64,000 nt of DNA, from positions 32,001 through 96,000 of the IMG/VR virus record IMGVR_UViG_3300031998_000003; one strand, 5' to 3'. Below are positions 38,014 through 48,089 of this stretch, one piece after another. The translations under genes and the position numbers were made by a program. The notes under the pieces are model-generated. The model saw only the letters and a program-made list of their open reading frames with translations, was not told the origin of the DNA and did not search any database. The stretch's first letter is position 1. Each line of letters starts with the position of its first letter. Source of the stretch: a virus. Its lineage: Duplodnaviria > Caudoviricetes.

Positions 38014-38550
38014 TTAATCTTCCAAATCAGAAGAATCTTTGACATAATCCGTCACAAGATCATGATATAACGGATCCGCTAATGCAGCTGGATGTGGTTC
38101 TGGTTTCGCAATATCCCGATGGAACTTATCTGCAGCAAATTGACGAAGTGCACGAACACGATGACATTCTGATATCTTGATCAAATGTTTCATTTCATTC
38201 AATCTGGAGATCCGATCGTCAATGTGTTTCGCATCAATGTCAAATCTTTCAATCCGCACTTTCAGTTCACTTTCATGAACGCGGATGCTATGAACAACTG
38301 GAGCTTTGTCAGTACACCTTGGATCATTGGCTATCTGGCACATCTTTTCAATCTGAGTGTTATGATAATCAGACCACGTCTTTAACTCATCTTTCAGCTT
38401 ATCAAGTTCATATTGTGCCTCGATGATGTCATCTTCAAGTTGAACCATATTCTGGCATTTTCGAAGATTATAGATGCGACGAATTTCATCAAGTGTTAAT
38501 TCTTCCAGAACAAGCCGACCCTTTTCATCAGTGGTTATCATAATGATCAC
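38014..38550 (-). CDS. Hypothetical coiled-coil protein
   Basis: ORF in the minus-strand accessory array. Confidence 0.65.
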   Translation of the reverse strand: MIIMITTDEKGRLVLEELTLDEIRRIYNLRKCQNMVQLEDDIIEAQYELDKLKDELKTWSDYHNTQIEKMCQIANDPRCTDKAPVVHSIRVHESELKVRIERFDIDAKHIDDRISRLNEMKHLIKISECHRVRALRQFAADKFHRDIAKPEPHPAALADPLYHDLVTDYVKDSSDLED

Positions 38551-38561
38551 CCCATTCTCAA

Positions 38562-38963
38562 TTATTCGACAATCATCAGCCGATCGATATAAATGTCAAA
38601 GTCGCCATGATGATAATCACCATTCGCATAGTCTCTTGCATTAATTCGAAGCTGATCCGGTGATGTTGCTCTGAGATTATGTCCGCCAGCAGCTTCGATC
38701 CCATATGTTTCGAACACTGCAATCGTCTGGTTTTCTTCAAATCCGAGGAAGATTGCAACAACACCTTTATCCATGACGTCAAGCACCTTTACTTTCATCA
38801 TGGAACCTGTTCTGGTTGATGATATGTCATCCCACTTATCACAATCGATGGAATGGCGTACAGCGCTTTCAGTTTTCAACTGGAGTCTGTATGCTTCACC
38901 GGGGATGAAAGCATCTTTTACAAACCCAGTCACTTGTGTAATATACGGACGCATATATTTCAC
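38562..38963 (-). CDS. Hypothetical protein (repeated beta-barrel family)
   Basis: DAFIPGEAYRL motif. Confidence 0.65.
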   Translation of the reverse strand: MKYMRPYITQVTGFVKDAFIPGEAYRLQLKTESAVRHSIDCDKWDDISSTRTGSMMKVKVLDVMDKGVVAIFLGFEENQTIAVFETYGIEAAGGHNLRATSPDQLRINARDYANGDYHHGDFDIYIDRLMIVE

Positions 38964-38964
38964 C

Positions 38965-39753
38965 TCACTTTACACGAATGATTTCAATCTTTTCAGATGT
39001 AACATCCTTCACAGAGAATGTTACATTTGTTGCTTTCCGGTCTCCATCACGATGATCGATTACGACTACTTTCAGATTGGTATTGTGGTCGGTTTGCTCG
39101 AGCACAAACGCATTATAGAAATATCCCTTCTTAAACATCAGCGGCGGCTGTTTGAGAGCGCTGTCATCTTTGATATAGATTTGGATGAGTGCACCCGGTT
39201 CGAGGAATTGCGGATCAAATATCGGCCGTGAGATAATACCGTTGTATTTCGTGTGTTTCATAGTCTCATCGATCTTCTGAGACACAACCCATTTATCTCG
39301 CATTGCCTCTTGGATCGGACTGTAAAGCCGAGACATGAAATCCCAGAGATATCTGTATCCGGATGCTTTCAGTTCATTCTCATCCCAGTAATTCAATTTG
39401 GGATAGTCATTCTCTCGGATACAAATGCCTTTGTAACGATCTTGTACTTCACCGTTTCTGTGCAGCATGTTAATGTTTAACATGTTTGCATTTGCACCGC
39501 CTGCATACACATATTCGAGTTGACACACATAGAATCCATCATTTTGTATATCAATTGTGAATCCGTTCTGTGCGTAATCGATATTGAATGTTATATCTGT
39601 ATTGAAATCATCTTCGTTAAGATTGCCAGTTTGTACATTGAAGAACTTTCGCCAGAACATCCGAAGCTGGTCGAGTTCAGTAATCAATACGTTGAGCAGC
39701 TCATTCGTGCTCAACGCTTTCATACCATCACCGTATTCTTTTTTATCAGGCAT
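38965..39753 (-). CDS. Hypothetical protein (C-terminal repeated module)
   Basis: RBS AAGGAGG; DPQFLEPGALIQI. Confidence 0.7.
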   Translation of the reverse strand: MPDKKEYGDGMKALSTNELLNVLITELDQLRMFWRKFFNVQTGNLNEDDFNTDITFNIDYAQNGFTIDIQNDGFYVCQLEYVYAGGANANMLNINMLHRNGEVQDRYKGICIRENDYPKLNYWDENELKASGYRYLWDFMSRLYSPIQEAMRDKWVVSQKIDETMKHTKYNGIISRPIFDPQFLEPGALIQIYIKDDSALKQPPLMFKKGYFYNAFVLEQTDHNTNLKVVVIDHRDGDRKATNVTFSVKDVTSEKIEIIRVK

Positions 39754-39943
39754 TTTGTTTATCCTCCTTAGAAAACTCTGATGATTTGACAGGTTTTACA
39801 GTATACTCATATTTCCCGGGTTGATCGGTTAATGGAGCAAGATCAATTTCAATCAACATTGGTTCTGGGAATTGAGCAATCAGTGCTTCAGCATCTGTCA
39901 TTCGGTGGCCACGAATAACGTCATTCACGACAACACCCCTCAT
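39746..39943 (-). CDS. Small hypothetical protein
   Basis: Fills the gap between coupled ORFs. Confidence 0.45.
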   Translation of the reverse strand: MRGVVVNDVIRGHRMTDAEALIAQFPEPMLIEIDLAPLTDQPGKYEYTVKPVKSSEFSKEDKQNA

Positions 39944-41240
39944 CTTCAGTTTGGATTAAAGTCTCATTCATCAGAACTCGTTTGACAGTTATCAATCCAC
40001 TCTCAATTTCGTCTGCATGAACCGGGATTCTGAGTAAGTCATCACGTCCCTCAATTCCTCCGAGCATGAAATCGATTACTGTCGAACAAACATCTTCACA
40101 GATTGCATATACCCACCGAGGGACTTTAATGGGTGTCGTTGAAATCCTACTCCAGTCATATACAGGATCGATTTCCAACAGATAGATGTCACCGATCACA
40201 AAATAACTTGTGTCGAGTACAAACACCTCTTTTGTCATGAGACCCACTGGTGCTGTAATCGCGGTATCTTGAAACTGGGGCAAACTATGATACAGTTCGT
40301 AATTCAATGTATTGCGAAGAATATTCACAAACGGTTTGAACACTTTGTCCACATTCAAACCATCAGCAGCATATTCAAAACAGTACATGTCGGGATTTTT
40401 GTATAGAATATTGAATCCATGTTCATAACAAAATCCGGTATCAGATGAATTATATCGGATTATGAATTCATGTTGCCCATACATATCCGGTTGACATGTG
40501 AAACTACAAAGTGGAATAGTATTGATAATAGAATCACCATATACAATTTTTGCCACTACCTGGTTTGGAGTTACATCAATCGCATAACCCAACATGTTCT
40601 TGACCTGGGTCGGTGATAAATCAGGGGCATCAGCAATATATTTTGCTCTAAGCCTCGTCAATTCATTGACTGCATCCCGGTCGACTATCATGATTCGTAC
40701 AGCTTTGATCATGCAATCCTGGATATCATGAACTGATAATGTTTTTGACACGTCGTCCATATTCACACTCACTTCCTCTTCATCATATGACGGATTCGTA
40801 AATCTATTCACAGTGGTCGCAATATTATCTGTCAAGTCATTGAAACAGCCTTTTCCGAATATGTCGAACCACTCATCATAACCACCAGTATCATCCGAAA
40901 TTGTGACATCCACTTTTCCGTCATAAATTTCACAGAACGGATCATATTCAGTATATACCCCGTCTTTCATCTTTTTCAACGAGATTTGGATATAATCCGT
41001 TCCATCTTCATAGTCAAGTGAAATGAATATAGACGAATAGTTATTCGAATCTTTCATTCTACTATATCTCCACTCGACATAATCTTTGTATGTAACGGAA
41101 TCATTATTTATTCTTGATCTTGTGTAATAGCCTCTTGCAAAATCAGTCTTCTCAACCCACCATTTGTCGATTGTTCTGATGACATGCGCGAGTAAACTTA
41201 TCACGTCATCGGCTGACATTTTTCGTTCCATTATTATCAC
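39921..41240 (-). CDS. Hypothetical protein (C-terminal repeated module)
   Basis: 439 aa; DTSYFVIGDIYLL. Confidence 0.7.
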   Translation of the reverse strand: MIIMERKMSADDVISLLAHVIRTIDKWWVEKTDFARGYYTRSRINNDSVTYKDYVEWRYSRMKDSNNYSSIFISLDYEDGTDYIQISLKKMKDGVYTEYDPFCEIYDGKVDVTISDDTGGYDEWFDIFGKGCFNDLTDNIATTVNRFTNPSYDEEEVSVNMDDVSKTLSVHDIQDCMIKAVRIMIVDRDAVNELTRLRAKYIADAPDLSPTQVKNMLGYAIDVTPNQVVAKIVYGDSIINTIPLCSFTCQPDMYGQHEFIIRYNSSDTGFCYEHGFNILYKNPDMYCFEYAADGLNVDKVFKPFVNILRNTLNYELYHSLPQFQDTAITAPVGLMTKEVFVLDTSYFVIGDIYLLEIDPVYDWSRISTTPIKVPRWVYAICEDVCSTVIDFMLGGIEGRDDLLRIPVHADEIESGLITVKRVLMNETLIQTEDEGCCRE

Positions 41241-41246
41241 CTTTCT

Positions 41247-41516
41247 TCATGCAAGATATCCATCTAAGATGGAAGCATTTCGTTCAGCTGCTTCGGTACC
41301 GATCAGGCTGTCATCAAGAAGTTTATGAATGTATTCTCGCTGCCAGTCTGTACCAGATGTTTGCCATATATTCAGTTCATTATGTGTCAGCAATACATCG
41401 TACACATGGCAATCGTAAAATATGCGAATGACATGTGGTGATACAGGGACGACGATGCATTGTTTTCCCCGGAAGATGAACGGTCGAATGAGTTTCTTAT
41501 GAGACACCAGTTCCAT
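41247..41516 (-). CDS. Hypothetical protein
   Basis: RBS AAGGAGG. Confidence 0.65.
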   Translation of the reverse strand: MELVSHKKLIRPFIFRGKQCIVVPVSPHVIRIFYDCHVYDVLLTHNELNIWQTSGTDWQREYIHKLLDDSLIGTEAAERNASILDGYLA

Positions 41517-41832
41517 ATGGAAAACCTCCTTCATTATATAATACAAATTCACCACAGTTGAATCTCACAATCACTTGTTCATCATTGAGTGTCATATATC
41601 CGTATGATGCGCCATATCCGATTTGAATACGATTGATGTCTTTTGTCGGGTAATCAATACCATCAATTCTGATATAATCGTGTGCAAATATGTCGGTCAT
41701 AAGTTCATCTTCTATTGATGTTGAATTATTTTCACACGTCCATACCACAAGTGCAGACACACCTGCGATTATCAGTATAGCCAACATCAAAGGAGTTATC
41801 TTTTTCAAAAACTTTTTCAAGGTTCTGTTCAA
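41497..41832 (-). CDS. Membrane-anchored hypothetical protein
   Basis: N-terminal basic and hydrophobic segment. Confidence 0.65.
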   Translation of the reverse strand: MNRTLKKFLKKITPLMLAILIIAGVSALVVWTCENNSTSIEDELMTDIFAHDYIRIDGIDYPTKDINRIQIGYGASYGYMTLNDEQVIVRFNCGEFVLYNEGGFPYGTGVS

Positions 41833-42281
41833 GTCTCTTCACCACCATTCATTTCTTGACTTTTCCTGATCAGTTCATCTTTCCACAGTTCTGTATTTAC
41901 TTGCACGATTCGTGCATATATTTTGAATAGGGTATTGACCCATTCTTCATCTAATGCAAAACGTGCGAAGTAATCCGTGTTGTACCTGAAGTCAATTGAA
42001 TCTGATGATATCTTAATGATGTAATTGTCTATACACCACTTCCGAAGATCTTCGATTTCAGCTTCTTTACAACCAATTGCACGAATTCTGGAAGTAATTA
42101 CGAAACCGGTATTATCATACATTTCGGCGAGAACCAAATATGGATACGTATGAATTGTCCATAAGGAATGGGCTTTTTCTATATGAAGCTTTGTTACTTC
42201 GCATAGCATATTTCGTAGATAATCACTGTGAAATTGGTCAATGATCTCACATACGATATCTTTCGTAATATACACTTTCAT
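41829..42281 (-). CDS. Hypothetical protein
   Basis: Coupled ORF. Confidence 0.65.
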   Translation of the reverse strand: MKVYITKDIVCEIIDQFHSDYLRNMLCEVTKLHIEKAHSLWTIHTYPYLVLAEMYDNTGFVITSRIRAIGCKEAEIEDLRKWCIDNYIIKISSDSIDFRYNTDYFARFALDEEWVNTLFKIYARIVQVNTELWKDELIRKSQEMNGGEET

Positions 42282-42296
42282 GATTTGACACCTTCA

Positions 42297-43061
42297 TTAT
42301 CGAACTGCATAAAGAACGTGTTCAAGCATGAATGACGGAACATGACCATATACACTTCCGAAACAATCTTCTGTCGGACCATTCACTGTATATGTTGGAA
42401 TCCGCGTAATACAGATATGATCGTCTCGAGACGTTTCACCAAGCGTTCCATCATCTTGTAATCCAATTGATCGAGCCAGGACATCTGCTCTGATTGTGAA
42501 CCGCATCGGTTTCTTTTCTTTTGCGTCATAATAGATGAAAATCGCACGTGTATCATCCGTGTCGAATCCATCACAGATTATGGTTGTTCGAAATCTGTCT
42601 GAACCGTCACCGTATTCATTTGTAAACGTGGGTCCAATACCATTCCGTGTCAACCGATTATACAAAGCGGAACCTTGTGCCAGAATCAGTTCATATGGCA
42701 TACCCTGACGAAAATAATCACCGACACGGAATTTGTATTTAACTTTAACATTCTTATTCATGACTTTCGCATCTCCAAATACAATATGATTTTCGTCAAT
42801 ATACTTTTCGATTGCTTCTCTCATAGAATCATCGAAACGTTTATCGAGTTTATGCTGGGTGTCATCATGAAATGAGATCAATTCATCAATCGAAACTCTG
42901 AACCAGTAATCCCGATAGTATACCCATTTCACGGTGTTATCCGATGGACAAATGGTTGCAATATGACCTCGAACTTCAACTGTCCAAGGTTCGCACTGGA
43001 AATGATTTGTCACATGCATTCGGTGTTTTACTTCCGAAACAACTGTCCCACCATGCATCAT
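42297..43061 (-). CDS. Hypothetical protein (C-terminal repeated module)
   Basis: VGDYFRQGMPYEL. Confidence 0.65.
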   Translation of the reverse strand: MMHGGTVVSEVKHRMHVTNHFQCEPWTVEVRGHIATICPSDNTVKWVYYRDYWFRVSIDELISFHDDTQHKLDKRFDDSMREAIEKYIDENHIVFGDAKVMNKNVKVKYKFRVGDYFRQGMPYELILAQGSALYNRLTRNGIGPTFTNEYGDGSDRFRTTIICDGFDTDDTRAIFIYYDAKEKKPMRFTIRADVLARSIGLQDDGTLGETSRDDHICITRIPTYTVNGPTEDCFGSVYGHVPSFMLEHVLYAVR

Positions 43062-43065
43062 ATTA

Positions 43066-43848
43066 TCAGTCCCTCCTGTATTTTAAATGATAATGTTCGA
43101 TGATCTTATTCAAATCATTCGCGAACAATTTCTGAATATCGGTCATCCATGGATGATTATCACAAATGATTCCTTTCTTTTGGTCGACTTTATTCTCAGA
43201 AGGATCAGCCACGCTCAAGTATCGGTTATAATCAAAGAACAATCTGATGATACGATCATCCACATCAATCAGTTTATCTGGATTCTTAAATATGACTGTG
43301 CAGCTGCCTGTTGAATCCATGAAAATGATATCAATGTTTGCTTCCGCAGAATAACACCTTTCCTCTGTATTGGTGTCAATATGAAGCTGATGCCATTTGA
43401 TTCGATCAACAAATGCTTTCTGAACAGAATTTTTCAGAGCTTTATATAACAAATCTTGTTTCGGAAAACGGACATAACATGACCGTTCACGATACGTCTC
43501 TTCCTTCATTAATACATAATCTGGATTATCGTAAACAGTTGAATGTACCGCATAACTCTGCATGTTTTTATCTATTTTCGAATCCAATACGACGATTGCA
43601 CGAACTTTCGGATTCCCCATGATCAAATTCAGGATGTTAATGATGTCATATTCTGTATCTTCTTCTTCGAATTGAATACCGACAATAATTTCATCCGTGA
43701 ACAGAAAATCAGAAATACCATACAGAAGTTCATATCGTAATACAACGTCACAATAGAATGTTGATTTACGATGTTGACTCTTTTCATCATAAACATTCTT
43801 CAAAAATGGCTGAATTCGAATGTTTTTCATTATTGAACATCCTTTCAA
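43066..43848 (-). CDS. Hypothetical protein
   Basis: 260-aa ORF. Confidence 0.65.
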   Translation of the reverse strand: MKGCSIMKNIRIQPFLKNVYDEKSQHRKSTFYCDVVLRYELLYGISDFLFTDEIIVGIQFEEEDTEYDIINILNLIMGNPKVRAIVVLDSKIDKNMQSYAVHSTVYDNPDYVLMKEETYRERSCYVRFPKQDLLYKALKNSVQKAFVDRIKWHQLHIDTNTEERCYSAEANIDIIFMDSTGSCTVIFKNPDKLIDVDDRIIRLFFDYNRYLSVADPSENKVDQKKGIICDNHPWMTDIQKLFANDLNKIIEHYHLKYRRD

Positions 43849-43856
43849 AAAATTGT

Positions 43857-43882
43857 ATATGGGGCGGTTTCCCGCCCCATAT
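43857..43882 (-). terminator. Terminator hairpin
   Basis: atatggggcgg-tttc-ccgccccatat. Confidence 0.65.
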
Positions 43883-43893
43883 TTTTTATCAGT

Positions 43894-44907
43894 TTATTTC
43901 AGTCTTCCTTCAGAATGCTTCACGAGGTCCGGATACACAAGTTCCAACAACTCTTTGAACTGCGGGTGAGGAGCTCCGGTCGTTCCATGCATTCTCAGAT
44001 TCAGCTTGTGCTGCCACTGAGATTCGAAACAAGCATTCCAGATATCAGCTTTGATGTCATGTGGGAGTCTTCCACGAGCAGCCTGTGCAGAAATACCATG
44101 CTTGACGAACCACATATACGATTCTTCGTCAGCTTTGGTGTCTTTCAACCATCTCTCATATGCTTCCGGATTATCACGGATCTCCTTCATCGGCTCAATG
44201 ATCGTGAGTTCTCCACCGAACTTCTTGACATCATACTTGCAGTAGCGAGTGCTCTCCATCGCATAAGACTCCTCTTCACGATGTCTGACAAGCTCATGGG
44301 TGATACCACGGTTTGTGGTGAACATGACAATGTGTGGGATGATGTCACTCAGATACATGTCGAAGTATCCGTGAGACTTGTAGTCCTGAATCAGCTCTTC
44401 TCTTGTGAAGAACATGAACGGGGACTTGACATCATCCGGATTATTTGTTTCAGAATCGTCATACTCCGGTTCATACTTCTGGTGGAGTTTGTTATAGAGA
44501 TCCCCATATACTTCCGGATACTTTCGAGCCAGGCACCAGACGAGATCCATGAACCCGTCAAAATAATCCTGGTCAAACATGAACTCACCACGAAGCCATT
44601 GTGTAAACCAGTCATAGTATGCGCGGAAGTTGCCGACAGCATATTCACCGGACATATGAATGAAATGCGGTTTGGTAGCCTGGAAGAATTCGAGGAAATC
44701 GATATCGGTAATCTTCAGATAGACATAACCGAATTCGATCATTGCAAGGTGACACCTTCTCACAAGAGCTGCAACAAACTTTGTTGCGGATTCCTCAGTG
44801 ATTTTGTCTTCAGACTTGTAGCAGGTTCTTCCAACTTTCTCGATGATTTGATACTGTGTCATGCCTGTGGTGTCAAGCAGATGTGCTTCTTGCTTAATGA
44901 TTTTCAT
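43894..44907 (-). CDS. thyX: FAD-dependent thymidylate synthase
   Basis: GRTCYKS, HLAMIEF, RGITHELVRHR-x4-YAMESTRY, ARGRLP and APHPQ. Confidence 0.92.
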   Translation of the reverse strand: MKIIKQEAHLLDTTGMTQYQIIEKVGRTCYKSEDKITEESATKFVAALVRRCHLAMIEFGYVYLKITDIDFLEFFQATKPHFIHMSGEYAVGNFRAYYDWFTQWLRGEFMFDQDYFDGFMDLVWCLARKYPEVYGDLYNKLHQKYEPEYDDSETNNPDDVKSPFMFFTREELIQDYKSHGYFDMYLSDIIPHIVMFTTNRGITHELVRHREEESYAMESTRYCKYDVKKFGGELTIIEPMKEIRDNPEAYERWLKDTKADEESYMWFVKHGISAQAARGRLPHDIKADIWNACFESQWQHKLNLRMHGTTGAPHPQFKELLELVYPDLVKHSEGRLK

Positions 44908-45410
44908 TTTGATTTGTCCTCCTTATTATTCAATTCATTCAGTTTAGTTTCCTTCAGAGCAAGTAGTTCTTCTAACCATCGAACCCTCTGCCAATCCAGT
45001 TCGCTATTCTCAAAACTGAAACCTAGAACCATTTTATCATTTTCGATTGTTCTTTTCAGTTCATCAATGTCTTCAATGAGACGATTGGCATCTTGTAAAA
45101 TACCTTCTGTTGTGATCATTATCTGATCATGTTTACTGGAAGCGATGTACTTGATCCAGACTTCTTCGTTTTTGATATCCTTATCCATAATACGAAGTTG
45201 AATAATCGGTGCTCGTTCACCCAAGACATTGAAATCCCAGAATAAAGGTTCACCATTTTTCGAATATACGCATTGCTCAAGTATAGCAGCATAACTTTGC
45301 CTAAGGACAATCTCGCTGAGATCAATACCTTCTGTCTGTAAAACCTGACAGCGCAATCGGTTATCCAAGAACTTTATGAGATAAAAATCTCCTCGTTTTG
45401 ATTCAGTCAT
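44904..45410 (-). CDS. Hypothetical protein
   Basis: Coupled ORF. Confidence 0.65.
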   Translation of the reverse strand: MTESKRGDFYLIKFLDNRLRCQVLQTEGIDLSEIVLRQSYAAILEQCVYSKNGEPLFWDFNVLGERAPIIQLRIMDKDIKNEEVWIKYIASSKHDQIMITTEGILQDANRLIEDIDELKRTIENDKMVLGFSFENSELDWQRVRWLEELLALKETKLNELNNKEDKSK

Positions 45411-45691
45411 GATTCGCTATTCTCCATTGATTCTTCACAGGCTTCATCAAATTCTTCCTCTTCGGATTTGGATGTCAACTCTCCGACACATTCGACGGCG
45501 ACTTTATATGCATTCTCGAAGTTTGCATCTGTACCGATCGACTCGTCTTTATACCTAGAACTCATGTCTGCAAACCGAACGGTCCAACCATTCGGACCAG
45601 CATCAATACGCACGGACAATCCATACTTATCCACGAAATGTTCAGTCCGTTCAATTTCAGATACCGGCATCATGCCGAAAAATCTTTTCAT
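45407..45691 (-). CDS. Hypothetical protein
   Basis: RBS AAGGAGG. Confidence 0.65.
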   Translation of the reverse strand: MKRFFGMMPVSEIERTEHFVDKYGLSVRIDAGPNGWTVRFADMSSRYKDESIGTDANFENAYKVAVECVGELTSKSEEEEFDEACEESMENSES

Positions 45692-45706
45692 TATGATTTA
45701 TCCTCC

Positions 45707-46468
45707 TTAGTTTTTATATGGTTTTGTCAAACCCCTGCGTGTAAAGAGCCTGTGGAAATCATTGATACTGATCTTCATTTCACCAATACGGATATACTCA
45801 ATTTTTAGTTCCCTGAGATATTTGTTTGTATACGGAAACCAACAACAGGGATATGCCTCATTCAGTGCGATATCAGCGATCCAATAGAAATCATCTTCTG
45901 TGAGTGGATGATCTCCATCAGCTTCCCAGTCCTTGTAATTGTTTCGCATATCCATCCAACCAATCTCGAGAGCACCTTCCAGCAGTGTTGGAACATATCT
46001 CACTCGATCAATCAATTGCATCCAATGTGGAAACAATATGATCCTCCTGCACTTCGGACATGTCACGAATGGATATCGATGATATGGGAAATGATTGAGT
46101 AACCTGGCATTCAGTGTTTGATACATATCGATACTGTTCAATTTGTCGCGAAGATCAGTATAACTGATCGGCGAAGTCTGATGACAGTAGATACACTTCA
46201 TTGTGAACCGATGCCTTTCGAATGGCGTCATATATCTGACATAGGGAGGATACCTGACCGGATCACGACCAGGTATTACTTTCTTACGAAGATCCTCAAT
46301 GTCCAAATACACCATAATTTTGAAGTCATCTTCTTTTGAAAATTCTTTAAACGGATTTGTGAGGTATGGAATGACGAATGTCCTGTTTGGGCTAAGTCCG
46401 TACTCATCGTTCATTTTGACCTTTTCTATAGGAACGTCACTCTTCGGAATCGGAGTTGCCATTGTCAT
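45707..46468 (-). CDS. Hypothetical protein with two CxxC motifs
   Basis: CIYC and CPKC; RBS AGGAGG. Confidence 0.65.
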   Translation of the reverse strand: MTMATPIPKSDVPIEKVKMNDEYGLSPNRTFVIPYLTNPFKEFSKEDDFKIMVYLDIEDLRKKVIPGRDPVRYPPYVRYMTPFERHRFTMKCIYCHQTSPISYTDLRDKLNSIDMYQTLNARLLNHFPYHRYPFVTCPKCRRIILFPHWMQLIDRVRYVPTLLEGALEIGWMDMRNNYKDWEADGDHPLTEDDFYWIADIALNEAYPCCWFPYTNKYLRELKIEYIRIGEMKISINDFHRLFTRRGLTKPYKN

Positions 46469-46883
46469 CCTCCTTTTCAAATAATGTGGCATGATGTTCA
46501 AGAATATCACCAGATCCTGTCACAAACTGTCGATCGTTTGATATCGGGTTATTCTTTTCAGCATGATCGACCGCGTTGAAATACGTGTTGAGTGTTTCGA
46601 CTTCCTCAAACGATTGCATCGGTTTTGTAAGACCGATATCGAGATTAAGCGGTTCAATCTCTTCAGCAAGAGTCTCGTGATATTCAAAGACCGCTTCGTC
46701 TTCTGTCATTTCAATCTTGTCAAAATTGAAGAAGTGTGGTGGAAGTGAATTAATAAAATCCGCTGCAGCTTGTTCAAGGGTAACACCCAGCGGAAGTTCA
46801 CTCCGTTTGATTACATGTGTAATTTTGTCCACTCTTATCACCTTCATCAAAGTCGAGTTTAACATATCCATTATCGATTTCAC
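46437..46883 (-). CDS. Hypothetical protein
   Basis: ORF in the array; start uncertain. Confidence 0.55.
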   Translation of the reverse strand: MKSIMDMLNSTLMKVIRVDKITHVIKRSELPLGVTLEQAAADFINSLPPHFFNFDKIEMTEDEAVFEYHETLAEEIEPLNLDIGLTKPMQSFEEVETLNTYFNAVDHAEKNNPISNDRQFVTGSGDILEHHATLFEKEDDNGNSDSEE

Positions 46884-47154
46884 TCTTCAACACACGGATA
46901 TACTTCCGTGTGTTCGATAGCTTGATGTCGAATGCCCATACAGACATGTCAGGACACGGTACCGTTGACATGAGTTCACACGGATACCACACACCTGTCG
47001 TCAATCCATAGTTCTGCATGATAGCAACATATTTGTCTTCATATGGATTGTGATCAGGTGTCGGAATCTCGTGATATGTATCTCTATCACATATCATGAA
47101 TCGCACATTGTGTGTATCATGTTTTGCAGATATCAAATCCATAAAATTTAACAT
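46798..47154 (-). CDS. Hypothetical protein
   Basis: RBS AAGGAG. Confidence 0.6.
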   Translation of the reverse strand: MLNFMDLISAKHDTHNVRFMICDRDTYHEIPTPDHNPYEDKYVAIMQNYGLTTGVWYPCELMSTVPCPDMSVWAFDIKLSNTRKYIRVLKSEIDNGYVKLDFDEGDKSGQNYTCNQTE

Positions 47155-47455
47155 CTCCTTTTGGTGATATACCGATTCTGGCTTCGGTTGTTACATCGGG
47201 ATGTTGAGCAATATCAACATGTGCCTGTGTAGGATGGTCAATTTCACCTAACCATTTTCCTTCTTTGATCAATCGATCATGACGCTTTTCGAAGTCAGCA
47301 ATGGCATCTGATATAAATTCCGGAGAATATATGCGCCCATTCCGGTTCTTATATCTGATAACTTTCTTGCGAATGAATCTTTTGTATTCGTAGCCATGGA
47401 TGAGTCCATGTCTTTTCGCAAGTCTATTAAGTTTCTTACGTTTCCGCCAATTCAT
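47117..47455 (-). CDS. MNWRKRKK-family basic protein
   Basis: N-terminus shared with 50098 and 50480. Confidence 0.7.
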   Translation of the reverse strand: MNWRKRKKLNRLAKRHGLIHGYEYKRFIRKKVIRYKNRNGRIYSPEFISDAIADFEKRHDRLIKEGKWLGEIDHPTQAHVDIAQHPDVTTEARIGISPKGDVKFYGFDICKT

Positions 47456-47882
47456 TCAAGCACCCCCTTCTCTCACAGAACTCTTTCAATTTTGGAAGCA
47501 GTGTCGAATTGATGTAGTCCTCGCGCAGATCATACCAATCATTGTATTTTGACTCAAAGTACTTTGCCTCCTCGAAATCATTCATGAAGTCAGTATTATC
47601 TTCTGCAAATCGATACATCAGATATCTCTGTTTTAACGTCATCTCTCTCAGATGCTCCATCAGAGCTCCAACAAGATGACGTTCAATGCGATCCTTGTTC
47701 TCCGGTTTTCCACAATCCGCAAGCGTCGCATTGATACATGCAATATCCAAGTTTTCTTCATCAACAACGACATGTGCAAGACCACCAGACGAACATCCAT
47801 CCAGTGTATAAATCGTCCATGTTAACATGAGACAAATTGGCATGTTGGGATGACACGGTACACGTTCAATATTTGCATTCAT
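47436..47882 (-). CDS. Hypothetical protein
   Basis: GGLAHVVVDEENLD motif. Confidence 0.65.
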   Translation of the reverse strand: MNANIERVPCHPNMPICLMLTWTIYTLDGCSSGGLAHVVVDEENLDIACINATLADCGKPENKDRIERHLVGALMEHLREMTLKQRYLMYRFAEDNTDFMNDFEEAKYFESKYNDWYDLREDYINSTLLPKLKEFCERRGCLNELAET

Positions 47883-47888
47883 TTTTAT

Positions 47889-48086
47889 TCATCCTCCATG
47901 TATTTCGATTCTATGATGAGAATCATCAATTTCGGTTTTATAACCTTCATCAAGATCTAAACATCTTTCATCCAGATGTGCACCATGAGGATGATATATT
48001 TCATCACACACGAATTCCAGATCATAGTCCCCATACCCTTTTTCAATAAGCCCTTGCATGAGCTCAACGATTTTCCGAACTCTCAT
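47889..48086 (-). CDS. Small hypothetical protein
   Basis: Coupled ORF. Confidence 0.55.
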   Translation of the reverse strand: MRVRKIVELMQGLIEKGYGDYDLEFVCDEIYHPHGAHLDERCLDLDEGYKTEIDDSHHRIEIHGG

Positions 48087-48089
48087 TCT

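Noticed and set aside
43915-45126. 403-aa plus-strand ORF
   Set aside because: Antisense shadow of thyX with no RBS or recognisable motifs; explained by codon bias on the coding strand.
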